Made by a program: the position numbers and the translations under genes. Shown in pieces: positions 27,001-31,532 of a DNA stretch of 64,000 nt (positions within the stretch are counted from its first letter, which is position 1; each line of letters opens with the position of its first letter). This DNA comes from Monocercomonoides exilis PA203 (lineage: Eukaryota; Protista; Preaxostyla). The stretch lies in contig LSRY02000003.1 in the NCBI GenBank assembly GCA_001643675.2, positions 1,364,001 to 1,428,000 of the forward strand. Reading direction: 5' to 3'. The notes beneath the pieces were generated by a model. It saw nothing but the letters and a program-made list of their open reading frames with translations, was not told the DNA's origin and made no database searches.

Positions 27001-27711
27001 GACTTCCGAACAAAAACACTGGTTTATAATTGGAGCTTGCTTTTGAATGAGTGGTTGAGTATCAATCGTTGAAGAAGTAATATTAATGAATGAATTATCA
27101 TTTGCCCCCATTTTGTAAAAATCACCTCTTGCAATAAATGGGCCATTTTTAAGATAAAGAATGGAATCAAAGCATGAAGAGCTTATTCCAACAGTTCCAT
27201 TATTTTGAAATTCCACCAAACTTGAACTAATTCTCTCTGCCCGATTATCAAATTTAAGAGAAATATTATTCATCTGAATCGTTCCGTTTGCTGTGATGAA
27301 AGGCGCGAAATTATTCGTGTGAATTGAATATATAACAGAACATAATGAAAATGAAGATAGATCATTCACAAATGCATATGAATTGTTCTCTCCAATTTCT
27401 AATAATAAAGATGAAAGCTCAATAGTTGTATTATGCAAGCGAAATACTTCTTCGCCATTGCTTGATGAAGAATGAATGACTGTCAGTCCTGTTCCTTGAA
27501 TACGAACTTTTTCGTCTTGAAACTTAACAGTTGACGTATGATAAACAAATGAGTCCAGTATGTAACACGTCGAATTTGACTCATTACTATTTATTGAACT
27601 TGAATTCGTTCTTCTAAGTAAATGATGAAGATCCGCTTGAGATTGGGTAAGACTATTGTTTAATACAATAGAACTCACAGCCACAGCAAGGAAAAATATG
27701 TGATATAACAT
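3088..27711 (-). CDS. Giant (8207 aa) single-exon type I surface protein with 15 tandem predicted right-handed beta-helix (pectin-lyase-like/Pmp-like) modules
   Basis: Uninterrupted 24.6-kb ORF. N-terminal signal peptide (MLYHIFFLAVAVSS); recurring GGA(I/L/M) and FxxC motifs; 15 copies of a Cys-pair motif approximating GxDx3CGx5-6Cx(T/S)(I/L)xxA; Pro-rich stalk; TM helix PWWVILIVVGVVSVVVVIVIVT (about 5086-5150) followed by KKKKK; cytoplasmic tail of about 665 aa. Confidence 0.9.
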   Translation of the reverse strand: MLYHIFFLAVAVSSIVLNNSLTQSQADLHHLLRRTNSSSINSNESNSTCYILDSFVYHTSTVKFQDEKVRIQGTGLTVIHSSSSNGEEVFRLHNTTIELSSLLLEIGENNSYAFVNDLSSFSLCSVIYSIHTNNFAPFITANGTIQMNNISLKFDNRAERISSSLVEFQNNGTVGISSSCFDSILYLKNGPFIARGDFYKMGANDNSFINITSSTIDTQPLIQKQAPIINQCFCSEVDECICPYSVRYITLMNIQFLDAQNPVTGGILGCGESVIEFVAHNSSFINAKTTYSTHLRHTSGSATYSNDAFVSCTTSGDNGGGAIWCKNTNILVDHCVFNACAVYGDEPKGHGGGLYAREGGYKKCLNSNFTQNHADYAGAGVAFHNNSVHLIQNCTFVRNDAGYYSSYQSIGASSNSIFSANSVRNGSVTGFASAFSLQSATGYITVSNCEAIHGTAQDEIGAFYIGSPSHPADIRLSYLWFVNNVLSHSAKVFHANDVVVDKVWQDHMSDKTRWESCFSISDSPHVFFRVGNWPGGYVDDSYVPFPPDKLLVGGNGADWSNCGYNVSWKCRTIKYAVDRWGAPRRCNIQQDDDEYIESNININGDKNIILNGHGKMTTLKTDGTMITVSSSGKLNLSQFNIMWRGQDVIMKVTSGTSIIDNCAVTDDASQHSNGGVVLTGGSTTITSCSFTSLVTKTNPTIQVKQGSICNISSSSFTNINGTGCNGGVILGNISSGKSLNIMNTNFTNCSALSGWGGSVYVYVPDGGKFTVGSGGQVKFNKSVASVSGSNWGGGLGIKLTSSNSIFSLSNMSFSQCNAFRALNVSVQAPELYDVISTSTFSYDFQNDINMQLTYMHGTNSYTGNLAIPLIIYFFGKQNPAYVSHSDISANYIRCGFEVAPCYTIERAITENFQNSAVKNIVMLDLFVFDPITLDNYKYALSAKNTSYSVTFNTAATPTPGLNASEAMEQGLVNITVNTSISKAKLGFPSSMNFPSAIVLHKGNATLTLTDVILDGSPTSFTLFRITNGTLQCTSGCKIQGMTFSNSSAFVCDSLGKLIINNFSFTDYRCMTLDVGIVQGVGGIVEIGNSNFSSSEEINSSPVVLIGSSMNVSSCSFDSCLRANGNGGGICSQMTSGSYLKVYNTSFKSCKVNMVSGLGGGLYFYDNYASNFLLSDISFADCAAFRGPKIFISSNDLYLLVSRQSFAFNPDIRDLTSYLGYERGNTSFPIPLMLYLRDRWDFALVGWENAHDFTMCGFEDYPCRTIYGAAYYRFRQAGCNAHLMTSFKFDGTEVMDVSKYFVMQNKSQDHFEIVSDSNSIRSQYDGYIYTKKDVTLQEINFDVKSTMKNVQNLFSSHQGELTLNSITINIDSNDEVSYTLFGAFGGSLVLNNFVYSAALKMKNVNAHFAYSDLSSSSSITLNNLSIFNFITPTTSSSAESAPFQARNGALNINNSTFLNMNFDNNALLFSSGGTGVSVNSSSFVNITRNFKSSSVLHIANQQGISSSTAYYNIKIDNSSFTNCTSDNMCRCGSAVSFYFSATNGLRLSGVNFDNCSTLTENSNELGSGAFYINDESDKMKYLLFKDLAFTPLKATTDKFMRYFHVDAYNLSRFVNDQNFLFEFQPLYTTIMTGYESHNYSFWIPLEIFFRNLKSPVYVGEDNGADFSGCGDIAYPCLTINGSTFWRFPRTVTSAMILKPDFKFYQIADLNVFRYDISAHPDNPVINVTALEGNNLPTLRNAYIINNVTSLIHNMTLKLPVNIGQGITAFFECQSGELKVNNTLMECEVYTSSNSEGHQTNEQWNFEYSLVRATGGTASIFDLSWRNRRFKGFPFGHSVGSGATVIFKDCYFNSIFTNIEKLFLAENGGSFGLSSTLCNNTAYSTQDLIYAKNAGTVFLEDSNFEQLDFTKASIIHSVNASALIRLNGTSFKNISKTDGNGTVVNAGCNPSSLAKSNEQKQKNSESQLSIDNCSFVQCTTSKDASCGGAIYAELTSNNIFALSNTNFIECSVPNIRSASPNKDEISESNRSKYNTHQNGKSLKKRSNNLGGRGGGVMIYSYSNTIQFDLQNIDFTNCQAWLGHSLFIDTFNMSSIAEKSSFQSIKYKASRENTPINAFETKDQLICFELRNETVPLELEIFLRTRVPTVHVNGSRSDYNFIENIGVFDGGHDFTNCGYEDFPCATVAGAITHQTTFEKRIIQLDNLYFKFDRYILLEDRHFEVIAPATGSGGSAFYTIDVTQTATRDAASSVGSSNFALLVVRNETLMHQIVIQFPTQMNLFSTFVRAESNIFKLEDVLLKFSNPSVIPFSLGMSRNGGSFELDVNNFTSLCWSSMPMLQTTGANSVMKLSSVKLDGVIAKNQNGLLFATSGGSLLLNQVAINTISLSESLQYHQIYATDGSSLSIDSSTVSHMSFSSLPFVEVVHAHVAEFLNTKFLNISRNNGNGSVAMLSHEALRDTINDKFTINNCSFEGCSVKGTGNDGGALFVNLNPVFNWELKNSSFTSCYAPVNASIIQQPWNATHIRTFMGKGGAIFLLIPQEDVDFSLSDLTFTSNEADLGKNLFISGKDLIVSLRQHKGRLADWIPDSPTGNWNRYLMEGFDNHDPAVSIPLGYYLLDIKDVIHVDANGFDVTACGFWDFACKDITYASNRLPNNESLTIRINKNVIERSTIQLPEDCSRICLLRENENTPSSLTPDVTTDVDCVILNEIELEVYSITFVLPSITSSSSKAANSPSLSNSKLESIIKQSENYVSLSDCYVVPQSSTQTECIFVSLLSVIKGTADVSNLHIGAPTSSSSSIDANSNAPMKFGSVNLINVVNNGNLNLSSSVLTSASFTDGSLVKSIAGCSIKVSNVNFSSISSESGNGSCLWHLMGTDTPVDSESVINSVFVNSSTFTDCSVKHSRTHGGAMFVQMKQECQWKIVDSKITGCKAPKTNYEDFKDYLDTPLRNPPAWDYYTAQGKGGGIYLYLDHTEADWVVQMRREAMTGNDADYGRNLFVDSASLPISVKRVNLPNFTDSEEDIARDKPLFAGFDEHDNWTHIPIEYYLRNLYGIVFASIKGVDVSACGFLNYRCRSLNHALRRQGLSNRNVTVIENLDVNETISLTYGTANISGNTPQEKLIMRMTSSHTSLIEVLISMTFNSLRLCVDSTLPSMNAMIEVKDNSDITFNRIVFEPNVGEQDWSFMIVSSGSAYLNDFSYSLSNAGFSSESLAGSQSNSNVLSYKRPLISIIGEQSKLRLSQSTISEQIETKSCIVSVQDRGSAEIVSCTIEHHLSEDASFIQSINSRDIVLNSTVFDSMTLSKGNGTIASHVTTSNVINNLKYENCSFKNCHASSTKHQSGGALFIKLKSSDCLTVNKCTFSFCETPVTSAKTYNQSERGSDISKGYTEFGRGGGIYLHMIDADVSFSINDMKNETNKADFGRDIFISSPDLLVTMKQQCIVPHNDILSDQVYPDEEIQMMSGYDNHDDWTHVPLIYYLKTLPEFIFVSDKGINVSSCGFIMYQCKSMPLAFRRQGVDRRKLQVDTDVIVREAISLSSGTLSVKGKNDSIIHSVTFDPSVANSVTSFYNSSITSDLHQLLFIVPSDGTTLQSQFIIDHSDSNVTFENCSAATNDSSPMLKPFVTVRNGKVIFDKFMLKFGEGNNEGKTLIDSASFIIASSQSQISITNSVMEAVKFSGLSSFVNANENASIEIRNCSWNNILSHDSSFLSISSPRRLTISDSQITSVYSSDCNGSVLHLSSIPPIPGNTGSVSLANSSFSNCSVAAPNSQFSYGGGAILATVDSSLTLQFSNLSFAECSVSSTQSERSTCGGAIFLCLESVDAPVTFGADLKFERNAANFGKNIFISSQNLTASITRSRYQFFKCYDELYTQGDWAKKWVWDRNDFMGYDNHNSAEVIPLGYYLMDQQEQIFLSDEGKDVTACGFYDYHCKTFNYAIWRQTKNNVYLSTTRKNVTVNESVTLAEEVVLSEGTMRLRSNRSDDSVPVSSRIVVSPSSSSTSSSLFANAVQDAIIVSSIPSEYFDIEFHVPSLLSAKSSIIHLDDQIHVFVRCGLTYQTPGEGLSFIFIAETRGSLILDDCFIGTPVHSSTSFSSLRKFNEITPKYLFNNGSFIKVSGTSAQAELRNMQVHNTEHGDSSSLVEVIGGASLTLNRDEFESSQMVKSSLIRGNDANNVTVVDTIFHSITTQQKGGSCVKIGDDSIVKTIESYTPHQQLYRHTPTRNTVEAIFSFRNCTFDACASTAASSDGGALQMILKPNPQTSSSQQLLISGCSFIDCTCPTLQSENGKGGAIFLYLDDPLIDWCISTPEFETNKATLGLNLFVSSYKLNESITATRLPFISASEYTFDHSLYQGYNEFNSWKAIPLPFYILPLHQHICIKETGVNSTACGFTDYQCESLHYALYRQNKPTTKEEVAIMERVLLEEEIKLTGKELEVISNKLIDPSAQTLNAQIVVLNGERNELDGIIESTKKALFDSIEFIVPKAIQSHSSVVKVTSGEFLLNRSIITPSDPLLELSCRFISATSGKVIIKSISFASNLILVSSSSAHSFSASNSDNGVGSFLFVEGSSTEGTIDRFSFTQVKCKGRTSVLGIDNGATLSITNSDFSHLTLDENCIVEADNIKSLSISDTNISSLGMKSGSTISVSTNDALTVENCSFSSIKLDTIGGSTIHVKDGTSTHSKRVSNKANASSMDPSSFKRNSNTNLEAVHIASCYFSECAVCESSCTGGAIMITPTNMMDVDIDSCSFSNCVAGSSLFGEASISSTSPENTNAPTRGGAIYFYLVDASANWRINNPTWSSIGEANMNNAQIGRDFFISSANLTHSVQASCLPFFDNVNYDECYYFDQSSLRGYDEHDDWTSIPIGFYLLRQHASIYVSSVGYDTTACGFTMYHCHSLPYALNRQQKTEAFVTVNYTMELTEEFSVSTNSLLITANDTSVNAQFVVVKGTRRTNQGFIQNAKILNYALIDFCVPSTLEDYKSLVYQTNGNISIEHCSLVPMDISGTVTYPIMVVTGGKMNVSDFQMNPTMFAPQLQSLASTYNYNLQMNAHSNEANDLHNITFENTSLLIVEGQTSIVDLSKIMFSNGNINGQIPLISSRNSANLTLKNSTFNKLSLNKASILYSAESARSEVNEVKMEDITLNSASLMKSNNSASLTFRDSEVRNITSESGCGAAMRFYEGTDEENNGKTIKIGNVSFDKCSVTETNTKGGAIYAEFKKGSRWECSNCSFVSCSAPFSQTYPVSSNAKIGLGGAISLHFHHQLASWMISTPSFPAKSEANANQATLGRNIFVSSPFLNQTITNASLPFVSPVYPQSYYFDHSEMEGFNEHNATYNIPLTYYLLNQHQTQYVSTYGNDTTACGYDEYHCYSLPWTVWRQRSDIKHVTINDTMYLMNQFRVGDLWTGTNLFYNLSIISSKEERHAQFVVRDLQNNEDFTGVFENSNTNTLFNKIDFCLPETIERHSSFLRQISGTVNVACCSLIPTEISHTLKYPMFYVEGGQLNVEAFDIAPCVFVQNTPNWIKTNSSSSMLASAAQTNDAAQQTILSSTSLLTINGMTASAVLDNFSLTSVVSKGNNATIDVSNRSKLFFKKSTLTELSNDYSPLISSSSCSSVEIESIVVNTTHFKDASILRSIHSILLNLTNSTFADTTRTKTGGSAIWIECGEDSQFSSNSGEAISLRDCSFTRCRLIGEEALSSLKNTRKTNSVEESNDALPSIFDSSCGGAIFASLGRTVSVQLKGCRFSECAVPNEESTTISSSSNAASANGCGGAILLFLTDSEADWIIETPTFPVNPSSFMNKAKFGRDLFVTSPALNHSIIHSRLPFFPLNRRFDHSSMEGYDEHNSWTSIPLGFYLLPLETSIYISTEGFNTTACGFDDYHCESLNYAIHRQNNPQKGNVTVIGSFELSHEFSVPNELFVLTAPNSSIAEMIIMNVEESNQNGLFESNSNTTLKQLKIKVPKLISNHEAIFTVSGNSFTLTSCSLVAVEDRTINNAFMKVTAGKVEVSKFTFIATETTVFASSNSFSNLSDNILNFTSLFSLSGSSTIASFDSLTLKQITIDGDKSVVEIQNGASLCTTNSVLSSIRSLTSSSYVRSTPILTSDQAELLALNNVSVMSISFSSSSVLYSRRTNKLNVSCSHFGGLNIKGGNGTAFCFDEPEEAESSVNNRLIIIINNAIDNCFLSESNSVGGAMYARLRKQTRFEVKNTSFESCAVPNTQGSSGKGGAVYVYAIDSNLDWLFSPIAFPLSDERTANKAEFGRDMFVDSYKLNETITRSSLPFIPIIPPDCYYFDHSSLSGYNEHNNWTVIPLVYYNLDQHKTVYVSSDGVDTTACGFDEYHCKTLHWAVWRQTSVKDKNVTVNSSFTLVNEFNVSFDSFILKGNESNCKCFITQTVPNSNMKGIIENHNIASITDIHFVVPEVLNRHSTLMNNRKGTLTIQRSSLIPPSSNRITFSFLDATYGTVSVTDFIVEPMAIGQSSANVENILLTNSCFISSQGQETVVSMTNLAVSSISSTSSSPLMQFGCKTTTVIKNSKFEQISSTSSSVICFSSVKNATISSCVFTAISKQNGDGSCIEHRGETDSQLISRIENCSFTDCHISKTSTSNSKKSNDALSNTIKNNQKDQSRYRNNNQEGLSGGALFIEMNYLAVIEVFNCAFNDCSAPSEPGSKGKGGSIGIYTQNLDASFCLRDLNFTSSSAELGLNVFVDGLYLPKEITYSTLTFFKVFDGWNVHELEGFDEHNSTIAIPLGYYLLELSNWIHTSTEGLDVSACGFWNYTCNSLNYAIERDPSKMQVSIDKSCYFKGESVISRLFLIDGKAVDSEIPSTASQHSSEKKGIIRFIDSPANGIRKAPITVQSSVEIDNCIFCIPSSFPSHSSLLHVAKDALKVSECEILHEDSFIDPFDSTLTSSSFTCNDLHRYRFSFSLILISGGRLDVEDMQLTNFEFNAPIFSLEEGALFSLKKLNVSGISFSNGAVISMKNAHPKEDFSLKLEDSIFVGLTQERSGPCVLSVNHGKASLTRIIVEKCVSESSLGCALNVENAVLAVSDCVFNGEIRNATTSSDEALTIQKHSMESNEQLIDGYNKGLISKNALLSVELEAEEDIYALCDWKGSILRVVNSSCDISASQLSNCESGAFSVTGGNVVIKDVVFESNGIESKMYPKARKDIICDGNADLDILSSIKPSPPEAQSAFNNQNYPFVLSRVSGEAEGTTEGGEESKEEEEEQVKEMEHLWILSASCTLHNDASITKGFLFHPSVSKMTRSDQPEIAPDKPEDTPIEEEQEEEVKEEEDQTTEIEGDSTDAQKSAYFKRSRNHRKQITTEKSKILNTDSTEEREPITVTFTGTSLLPCNVTAEMRYILKDGSLNRTTDVAVAQFVDPTTVKVVLNADLVLGDEEEEEEKKRKDEEEKKKKEEQEKEEAEKEKQKQHAKNKRHLINNRVEEDEEVKQVEDVYVCLRFWNPSGTVLRTTAFYMNTRNTPPLPDPPVIEPEPEPDPVMPPDDGNRNVNEQKTQSRAFPWWVILIVVGVVSVVVVIVIVTSKKKKKNSQHKQDEAPDSISSEDEMEKEMTLDESDADFKAASCNLTLSSETLPVKVVDEVTNGSSVNGIDSNDFTSSTDQLLPVKKSSPNSSCTSSTASLLSLNPSSGLMNAPSASKEYSVRKISSLKSTNKFFESNSTINNSRKRSFTINPLANSPDADEEREDIRRSFNRSISSNSEPSFDEDETLTLVQTPALLNESRGSDMFDDLTEQERGSDITQQSNMLNHSSDSMHSDLFADILSTSTFTASQTSGNKDRESNAADSYKSTQKSKGRKTKRGNKLSKAFHNSAADNNMASMNTLSMTNSSSASNSSGLDEIEGEEDNSKQSKEMFCVDLDDFDTILGKSVDSTTVSNSILSPSDLSAYSTTSTSKLSQRDPNASPKTPELLDEKMITTVTSMNGKGATTSYRESQDIASGDMNVFGKSGEDNEDELLRGMALNSQAISEDGEKKRKRKKDKKDKKDKKEKKEKKDKKDKKMKSSNKKKQQKSEEDVALQDIIDEFFLNGDLEFGEEELRELDELEKATENQLDKEVFGGVEEEGEERGSDRSLGLMSNEFIISEEEEIFNKAASEKGANNEQNLFLGDAFAKREKEASKDFEEVGNLTVLDTEQPSKKKVKTKKEKKEKRKRKKKENQVVEETEKVFEGGKDRLSVGYFDDYFEEEMK
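7360..26060 (-). repeat. 15 diverged protein-level tandem modules (about 330-515 aa each) inside the giant ORF
   Basis: CG motifs at about 26027, 25028, 23945, 22706, 21188, 19808, 18509, 17213, 15938, 14543, 13048, 11627, 10085, 8705 and 7388. Most are preceded by NxAxxGxx(I/L)F(I/V)xS and G(F/Y)(D/N)xH(N/D)x4-5IPLxYYL. Confidence 0.85.
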
Positions 27712-27725
27712 CCAATCGTGGCGCT

Positions 27726-27780
27726 AATTCGTAAGATACGAATTTGAAAGATAACCAAATTATTGAATAAATTCGCAAAA
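27726..27780. promoter_or_regulatory. Candidate cis-element cluster upstream of the giant gene
   Basis: Perfect 8-bp inverted repeat AATTCGTA-aga-TACGAATT (27726-27744) plus AATTCGCAAAA (27770-27780), all within 70 nt of the ATG. A similar motif clusters upstream of the peroxiredoxin gene. Confidence 0.3.
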
Positions 27781-28201
27781 ATAAATAATAATAAAATGGT
27801 TATTTTGATCAATATAAGAATATTTTTTTTAAAAAACAGCCAACTTTTTTCTGTCGAAATATTTAAGTTTGTTAATGATTATGGAATTATTTGATTTTAA
27901 ATTTGGGTTATTTGATTTCAAAACAGTTATTTCAAGATTAAATTGGTTTTATAAAATGATAAATTTATAATTTTTTTAAAACATCTTCATGGATTTTTAT
28001 TAGATTTTTTCATTCATTATGAAAAAAACAAAAACACACATTATCAAAAATCATGTCAAATCCCATTAAATAAAAAGATTCAGAAAGATTTTTTATAAAA
28101 TATTCATAACTGTGTGCATTTCGGTGATAGTGAGGATACATTACATTTGGCATGTTTGAATTTTCTTTTTCTTGAGAATGCATTGAGCTTAAAATTTTTA
28201 T

Positions 28202-31200
28202 ATGTCAGAAATTGTTGCAAATTTTCATATAGAAGAGAATTTTCAATACTTTTTAAAAGAAGATAATGAATCAACAGCAAAAGTTTAAATTTTATTTTCT
28301 GAAATTTTTTTAAAGTTCTGATCGTATTTTTTTTTTTTGTTGCTCTTCTTTTTTTGAATGTTTTCTAATTTTTAAGAATTTTTGGAATTAAGGAAATTTC
28401 TGAATCAACCCCTTTATATCATCCTGAAGACGAAATTGATGATACCTCTTTAACTGATCAAGTGAATCAAACCGCAGGCCAGATGCAATTTCAAGATGAG
28501 ATTAAAAGAAACGATAATTTATTTTCAGAAAATATTATCGAATTGGAACAAACAACCAGAACTTTTTCTTCAAAGCAAAATGATTTTTCTTCTGAATTTG
28601 ATGATTCATATAATCATCCAATGAATTTTTCTCATTCTCAGCAAATCAAAGATGAATCTGATCACTCTCTATCACTTACTAAAAGTGACGTAGAAATTAG
28701 CCCTGAGGTTTCAACAACAACTGGATTTTCGTTATCTTCTTTGTCTACTTCACTAATTTCTCCACAAGCATTTATTGCACCTTCGTATATTCCAAGTGTT
28801 AATGAAGGACGCTTTTCTAAAACTGAACCGCCATCTTCATCATATTCATCAAATCAGCTTCCAATAGACTTGTCAGCAACCGCTCCTTTTCCGTCTTTTT
28901 CATCAAACAGTCGCTCTCCATCTGCTGGTTTTCAATATCCTTCCTTTAAGAACACCGCTTATTCGCCTCTTTCGTCATCATTGACTTCTCTTTCTGATGC
29001 ATCTTCATATTCCCGCCAGCTGCCTCCTCTTTCCTCTCCCATCCCTTCCCCTTCTCTGTCTCAAAGCCTTCTGCACGTCCAATCACATCCCTCTCCTCTG
29101 CCCGTGTCCCCTCGAACTGCCACACACCGCTCCTCTTACTCAAAACCAGACTCTGTCAGAAATAGTATCGGGGGAGACACACAGAGCTTGGACAATACTG
29201 CCCGCTCTCACATGGTATGAAGGAATGATGTTGTTATATACTGAGCTTGGATGTTGAAGATTATTAATGTAATTTTTCTTTTTTTCTTTAATCATTTTTC
29301 ATAGCATTTTCAAGATTATTATCATTATTTTATTTCAATTTAATTTTTTATTTCTTCTTATCAACATTCAATACATTTATATTTCATTACATCTATTTCT
29401 CCTTTTCTCTTCAATATTGCTCATTCTCAGTCTGCCTCTTCCAATTCCTCTCTTTATTCCCGTCTGTCTGCTGAAGCAGCAGCTGTTGAGTCACAGCTGG
29501 GCTCACTGACATTGTTGATGGAGCAGAGGAAAGAAGAAGAGGAAGAATCGGAATGGAAGAAAGAGAGAGAGAAGGAGATGGCGACAGAAATCGCAAGGGA
29601 AAAGGAAAGATTGAAAGAACTGGAGAGGAGAAAAGGAATACTTTTGAAGCTGACAGAGGAGAAGAAGAAGCAGACGAGTGATGAAAAGGAGGAAATAGAG
29701 GCGATGGGGAAGAAGATGAAGGAGCTAGGAGCAGAAGCAGAGGAGAGGAAAGTGAAGTTGCGGGTGAAGGAAAAAGAGATGGAGATGATGAGGCAGAGGG
29801 AGAAGGAGTGGGAAGAAATGAAGGAGAAAGTGGAGGAGACGATGAAGCAGACGAAGGTGATGAAGGAGCTGATGGTGCAGGTGCTGAGGAAGATGGAGAA
29901 GGAAGAGGAAATGGAGATGAAGAAGATGGAGGAGGAGGAAGAAGAAGAAGGAGAGGAGAAGGAGGAGAAAGAGGAGGAGAAAGAGGAGGAAGGAGAAGAA
30001 GGGGAAGAAGAGAAAGAGGAAGAAAAGGAAGAAAAAGAAGAGGAGAAGGAAGAAGAAGGTGAAAATGGTGTTGATGAAGAAGAATCAAGCGAAGGAAAGA
30101 AAAAGGAATTAGAGGAAGAAAGAGAAGATAATGAAAATAATGATGCTAATAACGATGATGATGATGTTAAAACAGAAAAAGTTGAAGACGAAGAGGAAAG
30201 AGAAGAAGAAGAAGGAGAAGGAGAAAGAGAAAGGGAAGGAGAGAAAGGGAACGAAAAAGAAGAAAATGCAGATAATATTCATAAAATGAAACCAAAAGAA
30301 AATGATGAAACAAAAACAAACGAAAAAGCAAATGAAAACAAAAATGCTTTGTCAAAAAACAAACAATCTTCTTCTTCCTCTTCTTCCTCTTCTTCCTCTT
30401 CTTCCTCTTCTTCCTCTTCTTCCTCTTCCTCCTCTTCCTCCTCCTCCATCTCCTCTCTTGTGGAGTCAATGGTGGTGCATCTGAAGACCATCACACAGCA
30501 GATGGACAAACTGAAACTGAAAGAAGAAAGACACAAAAAGGAATTAAGAGAAAAGATGAAGAAAAGAGTTGAAGCGAATTCAAAACAAAAAATTGAAATG
30601 GAAAAGAAAGAGAAAGAAAGAAGTTTTGTTGCTTCTTCAGACAACCCAGTTTCAACGCCACATCATTCAGAACATATTCAAAAACCTATCAATCAATATG
30701 AAAATGAGGGAAATGGAAAGGATAATGTTATGTTTCGGCTTAATCAAGCTTCAAAATCAAGTTTTTCTTCTTCTTCTCCATCTTCTTCTTCTTCTTCTTC
30801 TTCTTCTTCTCCTTCTCCTTCTCCTTCTCCTTCTCCTCTTTCTCCTTCACTTCTCACTCCTTCTCTTGTTCACACCATTTCCTCACCAGCCAAGCTTTCA
30901 CCACCTTCTCTTGTCTCTCCTTCCAACATCAGCTCTTTCAACACTCAGAACACAAATGCTTCTCTTTCTCATCGTTTTTCTTCTTCTTCTTCTTCTTCTT
31001 CTTCTTCTCTTTCTCTTTCTCCTCATCCTCCTTTAACTTCTTCTTCTGATGCTCATCCTTCTTCTGTTTCAGATGAAAATCCTTCTTCTTCTTCATCTTC
31101 TTCATCTTCTTCCTCATCATCATCTTCTTCTTCTTCTTCTTCTCCCTTTTTCCCTTCATTGTTTTCTTCCACAGAAATAATCGAAACTAAAACATCCAAG

Positions 31201-31500
31201 CAAAAACCATTTGATATATCATCTTCTTCATTTCAGCGTCCTGTTTCTATTGCTATTGTGCCAAATTCATCTTATTCTTCTCATTCTTCTTCTTCTTCCT
31301 CTTCCTCTTCTTTCTCCTCTTCTCCTCCTTTTCCTTCTCTTTCATTGAATTCAACAGACTCTCAATCCATCTCGTCTGACGAGCAATCACAAACAACACT
31401 TGCGTTTCCTTCTTCTCCTTCAACACATTCATTTCAATCATTCATGTCTTCTTCTTCTTCTTCTTCCTCATCCTCTTCCTCTTCCTCCTCCTCCTCCTCC

Positions 31501-31532
<32 letters not shown>

